Positions 15,080 through 31,888 of a stretch of DNA of 64,000 nucleotides are shown piece after piece (within the stretch, counting starts at the first letter, position 1; the number at the start of each line of letters is the position of its first letter). The notes under the pieces were generated by a model. That model saw only the letters and a program-made list of their open reading frames with translations, was not told where the DNA came from and did no database searches. Source of the DNA: the human T2T-CHM13v2.0 reference genome, Homo sapiens. The DNA lies in assembly GCA_009914755.4 (NCBI GenBank), contig CP068257.2, positions 21,600,001 to 21,664,000 on the forward strand, written 5' to 3'. The position numbers were made by a program, and so were the translations under genes.

Positions 15080-18000
15080 AAGAAACACAGATTTCTTAAG
15101 TACTCGACAAACAATTTAAACAACTTTCTTAAAGATGTTCAATAAACTAAAGGAGAACACAGATGGACAAGTCAACAAAATCAGCAAAATGAGGCAGGAA
15201 CACAATTAGAATATTAACCAATAGGAACTATAAAGCAAAGAACCAAACAACTTTTAGAGCTGAAAAATACAATACCTAAATTGAAAAATTCAGTAGAGGG
15301 GTTCATCTATGGTCTTCACCAGGAAGAAGAAAGAATCAGCAAACTTGAAGACAGGTTATTCAAAATTACTGAGTCAGAGGAGCAAAAAGAAACAAAACAA
15401 TGATAAAAGTAAAAAGAAACAATTGAAATTACTAAAATCAGAAATAAAAGAGAGGACATTACAATTGAAGCCACAGAAATAGAAAGCTTTATAAGAAAAT
15501 ACAGACCATGCACAATGTGAGGGTTTGGAGTTCTGAACCCCCACACAGTCGAAATTCTACATATAACTTCTGACTTACACCCAAATTTATTACTAACTTA
15601 CTGTTGTTTGAAAGACTTACTAGTGACATAAACAGTCAATTAACATATATTTTGTATGTTACAAGTATCGTGTTATATTCTGACAATAACATTAGTTAGT
15701 TAAAAATGTAATTAAGGGAATTATAAGCAAGAGATGACATATTTATTATTCATAAAGTGAAAGTGAATAATTCTAAAGGTCTTTATCTTGTCTCACATTC
15801 AGTAGGCTGACGAGGAGGCAGAAGAGTGGTTGATCTTGCTGTGTCAAAGGTGACAGAGGAGGAATAACATCTGCATATTATCAGATCCATGTTGCACAAA
15901 CCCATATTGTTCAATGGTCAACTGTACTATGGAAAAATGTACACGAATTTTGGGTGTACTATGAAAAATTGTATACCAAAAAATTGAATGAACTAGAAGA
16001 AATGAACATATTTCTAGAAACACACAACACACTGAGCCTGAATTGTGAAGAAATAAAAAATCTAAACAGACCTATAGTAAGGAGATTGAATCAGTAGTTA
16101 ACAGTCTTCCAATAAATGAAAGCACAAGACCAGAAGCCTTCTTTGTAGATTTTTAACAAATATTTAAATAAGAGTTAACATCAACACTCCTCAAACCATA
16201 GTGACATTTTGAAGAAAGAATAATTTCATACTCATTTCATGAGGCTGACATAATCCTGATACCAAACCCCAGCAAACACACTACAAGAACAAAAACTTAC
16301 AAATCAATACTCTTACTGCTTATTAATGCAAAAGTACCTAAGAAAATACTAACAAACTGAATCCAATATCACGGGGTTTATTTCCTGGAATACAAGGACA
16401 GTTAATTAGGAAACAATCAAAGGGAGCTGGCAAAAGATAAAAGAAATAAAAGGCAACTAAATTAAAAAGAAGGAAGTAAAATTGTATTTGTTCTCAGATG
16501 ATATCTTATGTGTAGAAAACCTTGAAGATTCCACAAATAAATGTTTAGAAGTAATGAAAATATTTAGCAAGACTGCCTGACACAAAGTCAACATGCAAAA
16601 AATTAGTTGCATTTCTATACACTAACAATAAACAATTCACCCCCAAATTAAGAAATTAATTCCATTTACAATACTATCAAGAAGAATAAAATACTTTGGA
16701 ATAACATTAACTTAGGTAGGAAAATACTGGTACATCAAAAACTATTTAAAAGGGAATTATTTAAATAAATTTTGAAACACAAATAAATCAAAAGTCACGC
16801 TGTGTTCATGAATTTGGAACACTTAATATTGTTAAGATGTCTATACTACCCAAACTGATCTACACACTCAATGCAACCTCTATCAAAGTCCCAATAGCAT
16901 TTTTTCATTTATATGAAACCTTAAGGGACCTTGAATAGCCAGAAACATCTTGAAAAATAAGAGAAGTCTCACACTTTCTGATTTGAAACATTATAAAGCT
17001 ATAGTAATCAAAACATTGTGGTACTGGCTTAAAGACAGACATATAGACCAATGCAATAGAAATGAAAGCCTAAATTTAAACCCTCCCAGATACAGTCAAA
17101 TGATCTCCAATAAAGGAGTCAAAATGACTCAATGGGCAAAAGACAATCTTTTCAACAAACGGTGATGGGAAAACTAGATATCCATGTGTAAAATAATAAA
17201 GTTGAACACTTAGTTTACGCTACATACAAACAATAATTCAAAATGGATTAGAGACCTAAACCTAAGACCTCAATCTATAAATATCTTGGAAGAAAACATA
17301 GGGCGAAACTTCATGATATTGCATTTGGCTATGATTTCCTTAAAAAGGGCATCAAAAGTATAGTCAACAAAAGCAAAAATGGAGAAATAGGACTGATAAG
17401 GTTTGGCTGTGTCCCCCCTCCCCCACACCCCCGCAAATCTCATCTTGAATTGTAGCTTCCGTAATTCCCCTGTGTTGTAGGAGGGACCCGGTGTGAGATA
17501 ATCGAATGATGAGGGAAGTTGGGCAGTTTCCCCTATACTGTTCTTGTGGTAGTGAATAAGTCTCATAACATCTGATGGTTCTATAAGGAGAAACTTAACT
17601 GGCTTGATTCTCAGTCTCTCTTTTCTGCCACCATGTAGAACATGCCTTTTGCCTTCCACCATGATTGTGAGACCTCATCAGCCATGTGGAACTATGAGTC
17701 CATTAAACCTCTTTTTTTTTTCATAAATTACCCAGTTTCAGATATGTCTTTATCAGCAGCATGAAAACAGATTAATACAAGGATTACATCAAATTCAAAA
17801 TTTCTTTGAATCAAAAGACAAAATCACCACAGAAAAGGCAACCTAAATTAAGGAAAATAAAATTTGCAAATCATAGATCTGATGAAAGGTTAATATCTAG
17901 AATATATAAAGAACACTTATAATTTAATAACAACTAAAATAAATAACTTGATTAAAAAATGAGCTAAGAACTTGAATAGATATACCTTCAAAGAAGGTAT

Positions 18001-18470
18001 ACAACTGGCTAACAAACAGATGAGAAATGCTCAACATCACTGATCATTAAAGAAATCCAAAACAAGTTGACAATGGTACACCATCTTACACCTGTTAGAT
18101 GGCTTTTTTCAAAACACATAGAAACAGAAAGTAGAATAGTGGTTGCCAGGATTTGGGAGGATTGGGAAATGTATTGTTGTTGCTGACTCAGTATAGAGGT
18201 CAGTTTTGCAAGATGAAAATAATTCTGGAAGTGTTATATAACATTGTTAATACGCTTAACAATACTGAACTATGCACTTCAAAATGGTTAAGGTAGAAAA
18301 GTAAAGTAAAACATAGTTACTTTAAAATAATAGTAAATGGGAATTTGGACAGAAATAGTGAAGTAGCTGCCAAATTTCTTTTTCTGTAAAAATAAGAACA
18401 CTGTCAAAATTATCAAAATTAATATTTTTAGAACTTTGAAATATAGGTAACAGTTTGTAACAATGTGTTG
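15080..18470 (+). mobile_element. Ancient L1 (L1M-type) with internal deletions and nested insertions
   Basis: An ORF1-like remnant (gctgaaaaatacaatacctaaattgaaaaattcagtagag) is present. ORF2 reverse-transcriptase-region remnants follow (ccaaaccccagcaaacacactacaagaacaaaaacttacaaatcaatactc ... gatccaatatcacggggtttatttcctggaatacaaggacag). The 3' region reads ctcaacatcactgatcattaaagaaatccaaaacaagttgacaatggtacaccatcttacacctgttagatgg ... agtggttgccaggatttgggagg. Boundaries are approximate. Confidence 0.7.
17394..17780 (+). mobile_element. THE1B (MaLR) solo LTR inserted into the L1M
   Basis: The LTR begins tgataaggtttggctgtgtcccccctcccccacacccccgcaaatctcatcttgaattgtagcttccgtaattcccctgtgttgtaggagggacccggtg and ends ataaattacccagtttcagatatgtctttatcagcagcatgaaaacagattaatacaa. 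The host L1 sequence resumes on both sides as ...aaataggac|LTR|ggattacatcaaa. The apparent 5-bp target-site duplication is AGGAC/AGGAT. Confidence 0.85.
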
Positions 18471-19859
18471 CAATTTAGTGCCGCAATCCCTAAACAGCTG
18501 AATTGGGAGATCTGTGGCTTTTTAATTTGCCCTTTCCCAGATACCTCTACCCACCTCTGCACTAACCATAAAAACTGAAAAATCACAGCCCCACAATCAC
18601 AGTGAAAACCAACAGCTTAGCAATCGCTGGGTGAGGAGAAAATGGTACTGGCGATCCCTCAAAGCAACATTCTCAGAGAATTGTACAGATGCCCCTTAGA
18701 CTGAGGTTATTCCTTGATAAGCCTATTGTAAGACAAAAGCATTCTAAGTCAAAAATGCATTTAATACACATAACCTACATCATATCTTACCCTAGCCTAA
18801 CTTAAACGTGCTCAGAACACTTACATTAGCCTACAGTTGGGCAAAAGCATCTAACAGAAAACCTATTTTATAAAATGTTAAATATTTCATGTAACTTATT
18901 GAATATAGTACCAAAGATGAAAAACATAATGTGTTTATGGTTTCTTGAAGAAGGATTTCTACTGAATGAATATCTCTTTTGCATCATGATAAAGTCGAAA
19001 AATAGTAAGCTGAATCACTGTGAAAGTTAGAGACTGTTTGTAATTTTTTGACTACTCTGGCAACCCTCAATGCAAGGCTTGTCTTTATTTGACCTGGCTC
19101 AACTATTTTCCCAGTGTGAACAACCTATTCTGAAGAGTGTTGGTTAGAAACAATCAGTGCAATCATTGAACACTGTGGCTGCCTGAGACTGCAAAAACAG
19201 AGGGAAAATAAGAATTTGACTAAAAATACTTAAATGAAATGTCTGTAAGGGGTCTATAAAAAATGTTTGACACATTCCTGGGAATGCAGTAGGCAACAAG
19301 CTCATGTGCATCCCAAGGCTATGCACAGACCTAAGAGGGGACCTGAGAAGGCCCCAGGTTTTCACCTCTGACGGAGTTAGAGGCTCTGTACAAACAGGTA
19401 TGGGAAGCTGCCTTCTTGAGCATGGAAGGTATTCCTCAACACAGACACTGAATTCAGTAGCAAACACCAGGACACATACCTGTTCTAAGGACTTAAGGAA
19501 ATCTTGACGACAAGTTGGTTTACTATTAATTTAACTGACAAAGACTTCAGTGGCCCCTTATGACAAATAATACAGATTTTATATAATCATTTTAGAAAAA
19601 AGTCACGAAACAACAGTAATAATAACAACAACAAGAAACCACAAAATCTTTAAAGAAGGTAGAATGTGATTTATATACTTAGTGCATTGCAATATTTAAA
19701 ATGCCAAGCTTTCCACAATAACAGCAACGAAAAACACATGGAAATAATAAAGAATGGCACACGCATTAGGAGAAATAAAACTATAGTCTCTAGAGAAGCT
19801 TCCTGGGGAAGCTCATTTATTAGACTGGGCTTTTATATCAAGTTATGAAATATATTCAA

Positions 19860-21900
19860 AGGACTAATGAAAAGAATGTTTAACAAACTAAATAAAAGTA
19901 TGAGAACAATGTAACAAATAGCAATAGAGAGAGAGAGAGAGAATTTCTTGAAATAGAATCTGAAGTTGACAAAACAAATGTAAAGTGTAGAATGGTTCAA
20001 TAGCTGATTTCTGTTCCAGAAACAATTAGTGAATTTGAAAATGGATCAACCAAGATTATTTATTCTGAAAAACAGAAATAAGAATGAGAGCCTGAGAAAC
20101 CTGTGTGGCATCATCAAATGTACCAGCATATGGACAATGTGAGTACCAAATAAAAACAGAAAGAAAGAGGCAACAACATATGAAAGAATCTGTTGCTAAG
20201 AGACCAAACCTATGAGAAATACTGAAGGAAATCCTTCAGGTTGAAACGAAACATGGCTAGACTTTAGCTTAAATCCATACAACAAATGAAGTACACTGAT
20301 AAAGGTAGGTACACAGGCATTTAAAAAAAACACAATGTATTTTTGTTTGTGACTCTTTTCTTCTTCTGTCTGATTTAAAACACAATTGCATAAATCAACA
20401 ACAAAATTATGTTGACAGTGTTATAAGGTATAAATATGACATTTGGATGCAAATATAGCACAAAGAATAGGATAAAAAGGAGCTATATTAGAATAACTTT
20501 TTGTGTACTATTGAAATTAAGTAGGTATTAATCTGAGCTAGACTGTTTTAACATTAAGATGCTAATTGTAATTCCCTGGACAAGCAATAAGAAATATTTC
20601 AAAATATACATATCAGTTGAATATCAAGGGAATTAAAATAGTCCACTTGAAAATATGTACTAAACACAAAACAAGTCAATCATGGATGAATGAGGCAAAA
20701 ATGGTACATGAAATTCATAACCAAAAAAATAAGTCATATAGACATATAATAAATAAATAGCAAGATATCAGGCATAATTACATTAAATGCAAAGGGAGTA
20801 AAGACTTTAAAGTTGTAGATCAGCAGAATGTACTTTGGAAGAATGGCCAACTTTATGTTGTCTACAAAAGGCACACTGTATGGAAAGTACAAAGAGGTTG
20901 GAAAAAAAGATGGGAAATACACGGCATTCAATTAGTAACCAATGAAAGTTGAAGTGGATATATTAATATCAGATAACATAAATTTTAATACCAAAAAAAG
21001 GTACTAGAGAAAAAAATAGTTGTTTTATTGCAATAAAAGTGTAGGTCTTTCAGGAAGGCAGAACACTTATATATGAACTTAAAAATAGAACACCAAAAGA
21101 CATGATGACAAAAACCAAAAATTGAAATAAAAAGTAGACAAACAGTAATTATTGCAGACTGACAAACCCTTTCAATAATGGATATCACAACTAGGCATAA
21201 GATCAAATAATAATAGAAAATTTGAACAACCATTCCTAATAAACATCTACAGAACACTCCACCCAATGACATCAGAAAATGCATTCTTCTAAATTATATC
21301 TGGAATATTCTGCAGAAAGAACATATGTTAGGTGATGAAATAAGCTTCAATAAATAAGACTTCATCAAAATTGAATCTTTTTCCTTCAAAATAAAACACA
21401 ATCAAGAATGTGAAAAAATATCTGGATAATGGGTGAAAGCATCTACAAATCATGTATCTGATAAGACAGAGGTCCCCAGCCCCAGAGCCATGGACCGGTG
21501 CTGGTCCATGACCTGTTAGGAAATGGGCTGTACAGCAGGAGGTGAGTAGCAGGTGAGCATTACTATCTGAGCTCCGCCTCCTGTCAGATCAGCAGTGGCC
21601 TTAGATTCTCATAGGACTACGAACTCTATTGTGAACGGCACATGTGAGGGACTAGGTTGCCTGTTCCTTAAGATAATCTAACTAATGCCTGACAATCTGA
21701 GGTGGAATAGTTTCTTCTGGAAACCATCCCCCTCCCCAATCCATGGAAAAATTGTCTTTCACTTAGCTGGTCCCTGGTGCCAAAATGTTTGGGCCCCACT
21801 GTGATAAGGAACTTGTATTCAGAATATATAAAGAACACAAAATTCAACTGTAAAAATACAAATAATATGATTAGAAGCATGAGCAAAATATTTGAATAGA
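19860..21900 (+). mobile_element. Ancient L1 (L1M) fragment, ORF1 plus ORF2 endonuclease region, internally deleted
   Basis: An ORF1-like segment (aaaacagaaataagaatgagagcctgagaaacctgtgtggcatcatcaaatgtaccagcatatggacaatgtgagtaccaaataaaaacagaaag) is present. An endonuclease-domain-like segment (ataaacatctacagaacactccacccaatgacatcagaaaatgcattcttctaaat) follows. The sequence resumes after the MER1 insertion with tgataaggaacttgtattcagaatatataaagaacac. Confidence 0.65.
21467..21801. mobile_element. MER1-type non-autonomous hAT-Charlie DNA transposon, copy 1, nested in L1M
   Basis: The termini are cagaggtccccagcc... and ...gggccccactg (terminal inverted repeats). It is flanked by an 8-bp target-site duplication tgataaga (21459-21466) / tgataagg (21802-21809). 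Its internal sequence is homologous to the copy at 55189-55540. Confidence 0.7.
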
Positions 21901-22288
21901 CATCTATTAAACAGAAAGAATGATTCTTTAGCCATCTCTCTCTGGTTCTTAAAAAATATGCTTCTACATCTCAGAGCCAGCAATGTTGTATCAAATTCTT
22001 TTCTCAACCAGAATGGCCTGAGTTCACTATCTGTGACATTTCTCTTATTCTCTTTCATTGCATTTCTCTGACCTTAGCCAGGGGGACTTCTCTATTTTTA
22101 AGAGCCCATGCTATTATATCGGACCCATATATATAATTCAAAATAATATTTTTGTCGTAATGTCTATAACCTTAATTGCATCTGCAAAGCCCCCTTTGCC
22201 ATGTACCATAAAATATTTTCAAATTAAAAGGATTAGGCCACAGACATCTCTGGAGGGGTGGCATGCTGTCTACTACATATACCTCATT

Positions 22289-22292
<4 letters not shown>

Positions 22293-22340
<48 letters not shown>
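22293..22340. repeat. (CA)24 microsatellite
   Basis: A perfect CA dinucleotide run is visible directly. Confidence 0.95.
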
Positions 22341-22342
<2 letters not shown>

Positions 22343-22444
22343 TAAATACATACTGTGGGTTCTAAGAAGTCATCCAAAGAGCAAATCTTCCACTCCATCT
22401 TCTATTGAGATAATATTGTTCCATTTGAAAAAAAAAAAAAGATC

Positions 22445-26160
<3,716 letters not shown>

Positions 26161-29100
26161 TTAGAATGGTTACCAACAGCTTTTGCAGAAGTATAGCCCT
26201 TGAGCATCCTGACCAAAAACTCACACATTGTCCTTAAGCCTGAGAGCCCAGAATTTGTCAGGGCCAGATAAAACAGTGTTGTTCACATTTGGCTTGAGGA
26301 ATATGGGAAACTGAATCCTTCATAGGCAAAATAATAGAAAAGGCAGAAGGGAGCTTTGGCGAGTAAAGGCAACCAGGGCTCAGAGTGTTTTTCTTCCTCA
26401 CACTTACCATGAAAGTTAAATAAACAACAAAAGTCTCAACACATTGATCTGCAGAGGTTTACTGCCTACTCCTCAGGCTATCATGAATATAATTTTCTTC
26501 ACATTATAATTTTATGGGATTATTAAATGGTAAATATGGTGGCAACAGGGAAGGAAATAAGCCAAATTTACTATTTAGCAATAGGATTCTTAAGCTCAGC
26601 ATGTAGATTTATAATTAATTGCAAAACAGTTAAAATCATTGCCCTCTCCACTTGTTTTAGCATCATATTTTTTTAATGTTTTATTTTAAGGCATTTCTCA
26701 ATTTAGTACTGTAAGTGAACATCTTGGTTCAGCATTTAGAGTGGAATTATTTTTTTGATGTTTATTAGCAATGTAGAGCAAATAAATTTTATTACATGCA
26801 TGTTCTCAGTGATTAAATAAAATAGAAAATGCAAACTATGTAATTTTATACACGTAATGCATTTTTTCTCAATTTGTGTTTCACTTCAAAAATATAGTAT
26901 TAAAAGAGAGTGGACATAATTAACCAGGTATGGGATATTAATATATGCCTTTAATAGGGATAACAGCTTTCCTAGAGTGGGATGATTACTTTTATAACCC
27001 AATTAAAATTTAAGAGTTAGTGTCCCTTCATTACTTAGATTGCATTTTCTTTTAGAATCCAGAAGTTTCATATATTTTGCTTTAAGGCTTATGCATGTGA
27101 AGTGCACATTTAAAAAATGGAGGCATAGTACTAGTGAATTAATTTCCATGTTATCAGATAAAATTAAACATTGTCTTTTGATTTATTTTAACCCTATAAA
27201 AGTGTATTATATCTCTGCTCATTGTTTGCTTTTTAAAAGGGAGAGGGGAAATAGTTACATGACCAAAGCCATGTCTATGTAAGAACAGATTTATCAGCCA
27301 AACTGGGTGAACTAAAACTGTGTTTGTCAAAATTTCCTTTTTTTACTAAGCAAGATTTTGTAGCTTGGCAGGGAGTCAAGGAACTGTGCCATTTTTTACG
27401 AGTCATAAATATCAAAATTACTCAATTTGTCTTTCTGGATGTGGATTAACCTTTAATTATCAACCAGTTCCATTTTATTTCTGAAGAGTTAATTTAAATA
27501 TTAATGTTTAAAAATACTTATTTTGGCTCATTTAACAATTAAACTGCATTGTTTCACAAAAAATTAATAGGAATTAATGACTCAGGCCAAATATGGATAA
27601 AATGTCACTTGGAAGCATGATGTCAAGTAGATGATAGATATTTGTAAAAAATCATTGATCCTAGATTTTAAGAAATATGTAGTTGTATTACTATGTATTA
27701 CATCTCTAATGATAATAATCATAAAATACAAATTTGAAATATCCACCTACACACATGCTAACATATGCCCTAAGCCTACATAGTTGTGAAAGAAATCAAG
27801 ATAATATTCAGTTTGAAATGAGTTTTCTCTAAATAAGTGGAAAACACTCAAATATTTTAACACATTTAAACTTTTAAAAGGTTCTCTTTTAAATATCTTT
27901 ACATACAGTAGCCTGATAAAAATGAGATCTTAATTTTTTAAGATGTAGGGGGATGTATTAGAAAAAATGATTGCAGTTCTTCATTTCTCCCTCTCTTGTT
28001 GCCACTTGCAAGGCTGCTTTAAGCTCTTCCCATCAGGAGTTGTATCTATTTCACCATTTCTTTAGTGTAGGTTGTCCTTTGAATTTGGTTTGGTCAATGG
28101 AATGCAGAATTTTTCCAAAGTTGCTCATAACTCTGCCCCTATATGCAAACACACCTCCCCAGACTGCTGGTAGATGAGAGAGCATACAGGGAACTAACAG
28201 GCCAAGTTTAAAATACGGTCTCTCGCTGTCCCATAGCTAATATCAGCTACATGTGGATGAATTCTACTGAGATCTGAAGATCTAGCCAGCTGTTCCCCAC
28301 CTTGATTGCTGATTGGCATGTTCAGGAACTTAAAAAAAAAGTGTTTTGTTTTAAGCAACTAAATTTGGAGTGGACTATTTCACAGAATCAGCTAACTGAT
28401 AAAATTCTCTGCAAGAAATTTTAAAGTTTACATTTTGACATGTTACTTTCAATATTACCTTAAAATAACATAAACATTCTGAAACATCATGTGAAGCACA
28501 TCAGACTGAATATTTCAAAAAAATACTACAATATAAATTGTTGATAAGCTTGCAAATTGTTTTAGAAAATGTAAACTTTTTGACTAAAAACACAAACTAG
28601 TTTGAATTCATTCTTTAGATATATAAGCTTTCTGCGTTCATTCTTTTTATCTCTACTGCATCATATTTTATTTCTTAATATTTCAGGATTTAAAATAATA
28701 TCATCAATTATGTTCTTACATTTTTAAAATTTATTTTGGAAACCATGATTTAATGACCAAGTTTTTGTTGTTATTGTTGTGCTTCTCTGTTTCTATTTTG
28801 TACACACACAATCCACATGACTCTCTGTCATGACACTATAAGCCTCCTCCCTAATTTGGTTCCTCTAAATATAACTTTTCTTTTTTGATAATCGTTTTAT
28901 TTATACTACAAGGTTTTCTTATCTCGCATGTGATGATTATCTATTAAAAAGAATTAATTACTGATGTGAGACATCAAAATAATAATAAATTACTTCATTA
29001 TAAAAAGAGTGATATGTATAAGTAAAATCAGTTCTACATAATAGAGGTATATAATCAACATAACGAGAACCTAGATCCCAATGTGTTTATTAAGTTGTAA

Positions 29101-30706
29101 GATTCAAATCCCTGCAATTGGGAATTCACATTTTAGAAGTGACTATAAAATGCTCAACATATATATATATATATATCCTCATCTAAATCTTCACTGGAAG
29201 ATACATTAATTAGCTTTGTAATAATAACAATTTGTTTTGCTTTTGGGATGCCCATCGGGTTTTAATTTTTACATCCACAAACACGGCTTTTCAAAATTTT
29301 CTTTTTAGAATTACTTATTATTCAATGGAACTTTTTTGTTCACCTACACACAGCTGTCTAGGGACTGCCAAGGGCAATAAGCTGAGAATGTGCATTTTTA
29401 TTTGTACTGGCATTACTCTCTAAAATATTGCTGTGAATCACAGGATAAACTCTTCTGTGACATACCAAATTAGCTTTACAGAGAAGACTCACTGGTGGCA
29501 GTATATGAAATAATAGTTCATTTAATAGACTTTTTAAATACATTCAATGTTCACCTAGAGATGTGTATTACTTACTCACAAACATTAGCATCCCCAATAC
29601 AAAATGTCTTCTCAGCAAATACAAAAGATTACACCCAAAATACCAAAACATATGCTTTTTATCATCATGGTTGTTACTTTCTGATTTAGGTTCAGCCTTC
29701 TCTAGAGGCTATTAAAGGAAGCATACATTTTTGCTGACATTTTATCATGGCAATAAAATGAGATGGGAATCTATACTCAAAAGACCACTAAAATCAGTCA
29801 GCATGTTTACTGCAGAAAACAAGTTGCCAAACACTCTCGGATAATTCAGTAAAATATGACCAGATTTATGGATGAGTGTATTTTCGCACAACACTCTGAA
29901 GTTGTAGCATATTTTATAATATATGTCTATGATATCCATGAAAGATACCCTCAGTGAATATATTATTCTTCTAATATGCTTACACTAATGTGTGATAAAT
30001 TATTCCCAGAAGGTCAAGAGAAATTGAATTTATTTTTAAATTTTTACTTATCAAATCACACAAAAACCCACACATATAAAACAATGTACTTGATTACATG
30101 CTTCCTGTTTATAAATCACATGTTTTTATTAGTAAGACTCATTATACCTGTCAATGTTAGTGTGGACTCTCATATGACCACTTTTATAAGTTCCTGGAAA
30201 CAATACTTTTGATCCTATGTAACTAAAACCATCCACAGTAGACAAAAATATCACTTTGAAACACAGATTCATAAAAAAATAGTATATTGTGGACAGAGCT
30301 AAAATAGATATGTAGCAGGAGCACTGTACAAGTTTTAGCCAAGTGTGAACTATAAAATAATACTAATTAAAGTGCTGTTACTGCAATTGATTATAATTTT
30401 TTACAAGTATTCTGAAGAACAGGAGAAAATAAAGGCAATCTGAAAAGGAAAAATAATCTATGTTATCATTAATCGCCGTATTTATACAGTGCATTCCTTA
30501 TAGCAAATGTCTAACACAGCGCTGCACAACCTAATAGGACAATTACCTGTGTCTTCAAGACTCCCTTATTGGCAGTCTACGTAGTCAAATTGAATCATGA
30601 TGTTGTTTATTGAATGCCTACTATAGAAAAACAGTAACCTAGATTAAAGTAGCTCACTTCCTTGTGATGATGGAAATAGACATGATGAGATTAAAAAAAA
30701 AATTGG

Positions 30707-31056
<350 letters not shown>

Positions 31057-31360
31057 TTAGCAAAAAGAAAAAACTCAGCTGTAGTAGCGTGAGTACTGAA
31101 ACAAATCATTTTGTGAATAGTACAGAACATGCTGATAACCAATGCATCATGTCAAAAATGTAGAATTAGGTTCAGATGAAGAGTGGAGATGAAATGATTT
31201 TCAATTGTAATAGGAACATGGATGTATGTCTCAAGGTCCTATGTCTTACCTTGTACTCAAATCCTTACTTGGTTGGATTATACACACCCCCTTAAACTCT
31301 GTTGTAATCTAATTTGAATTTATTGATAATTATTTCTTTTTCTAATCACACACATGTGCA

Positions 31361-31396
31361 CGTGCACACACACACACACACACACACACGCACATA
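31361..31396. repeat. (CA)n microsatellite, interrupted
   Basis: The tract reads cacgtgcacacacacacacacacacacacgcaca. Confidence 0.8.
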
Positions 31397-31512
31397 AACA
31401 GGATCACCAGGGATACTCCTGGAGAAAAACCATGAAGAGGAACAAAGTATGGAAGAGGAAATGTGAATCCTCTACTTTCTTACCTGGAAAGGAGGCAGCC
31501 ACTTTTTTGGAA

Positions 31513-31888
31513 TGATATAATTAGGCTTTGTGTCCCCACCCAAATCTCATCTTGAATTGATTTCCCGTAATCCCCATATGTCAAGGGAGAGACCAGGTGG
31601 AGGTAACTGAATCATGACAGCAGTTTCCCCAGTGCTGTTCTCGTGATAGCAAGTGAGTTCTCAGGAAATCTGGTGGTTTTATAGGGGCTCTTCCCCCTTC
31701 ACTCAGCACTCCTTCTTCCTACCACCTTGTACAGAATGTGCCTTGCCTCTCCTTCCTCTTCTACCATGATTGTAAGTTTCCTGAGGTCTTTCCCAGCCAT
31801 ACGGAACGATGAGTCAATTAAACTATTTTCCTTTATAAATTACCCAGTCTTGGGCCATTTTTATAACAGTGTGAAACAGACGTATACA
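31513..31888 (+). mobile_element. MST/THE1-type (MaLR) solo LTR
   Basis: The LTR starts tgatataattaggctttgtgtccccacccaaatctcatcttgaattgatttcccgtaatccccatatgtcaagggagagaccaggtggaggtaactgaatcatg and ends ataaattacccagtcttgggccatttttataacagtgtgaaacagacgtataca. Confidence 0.75.
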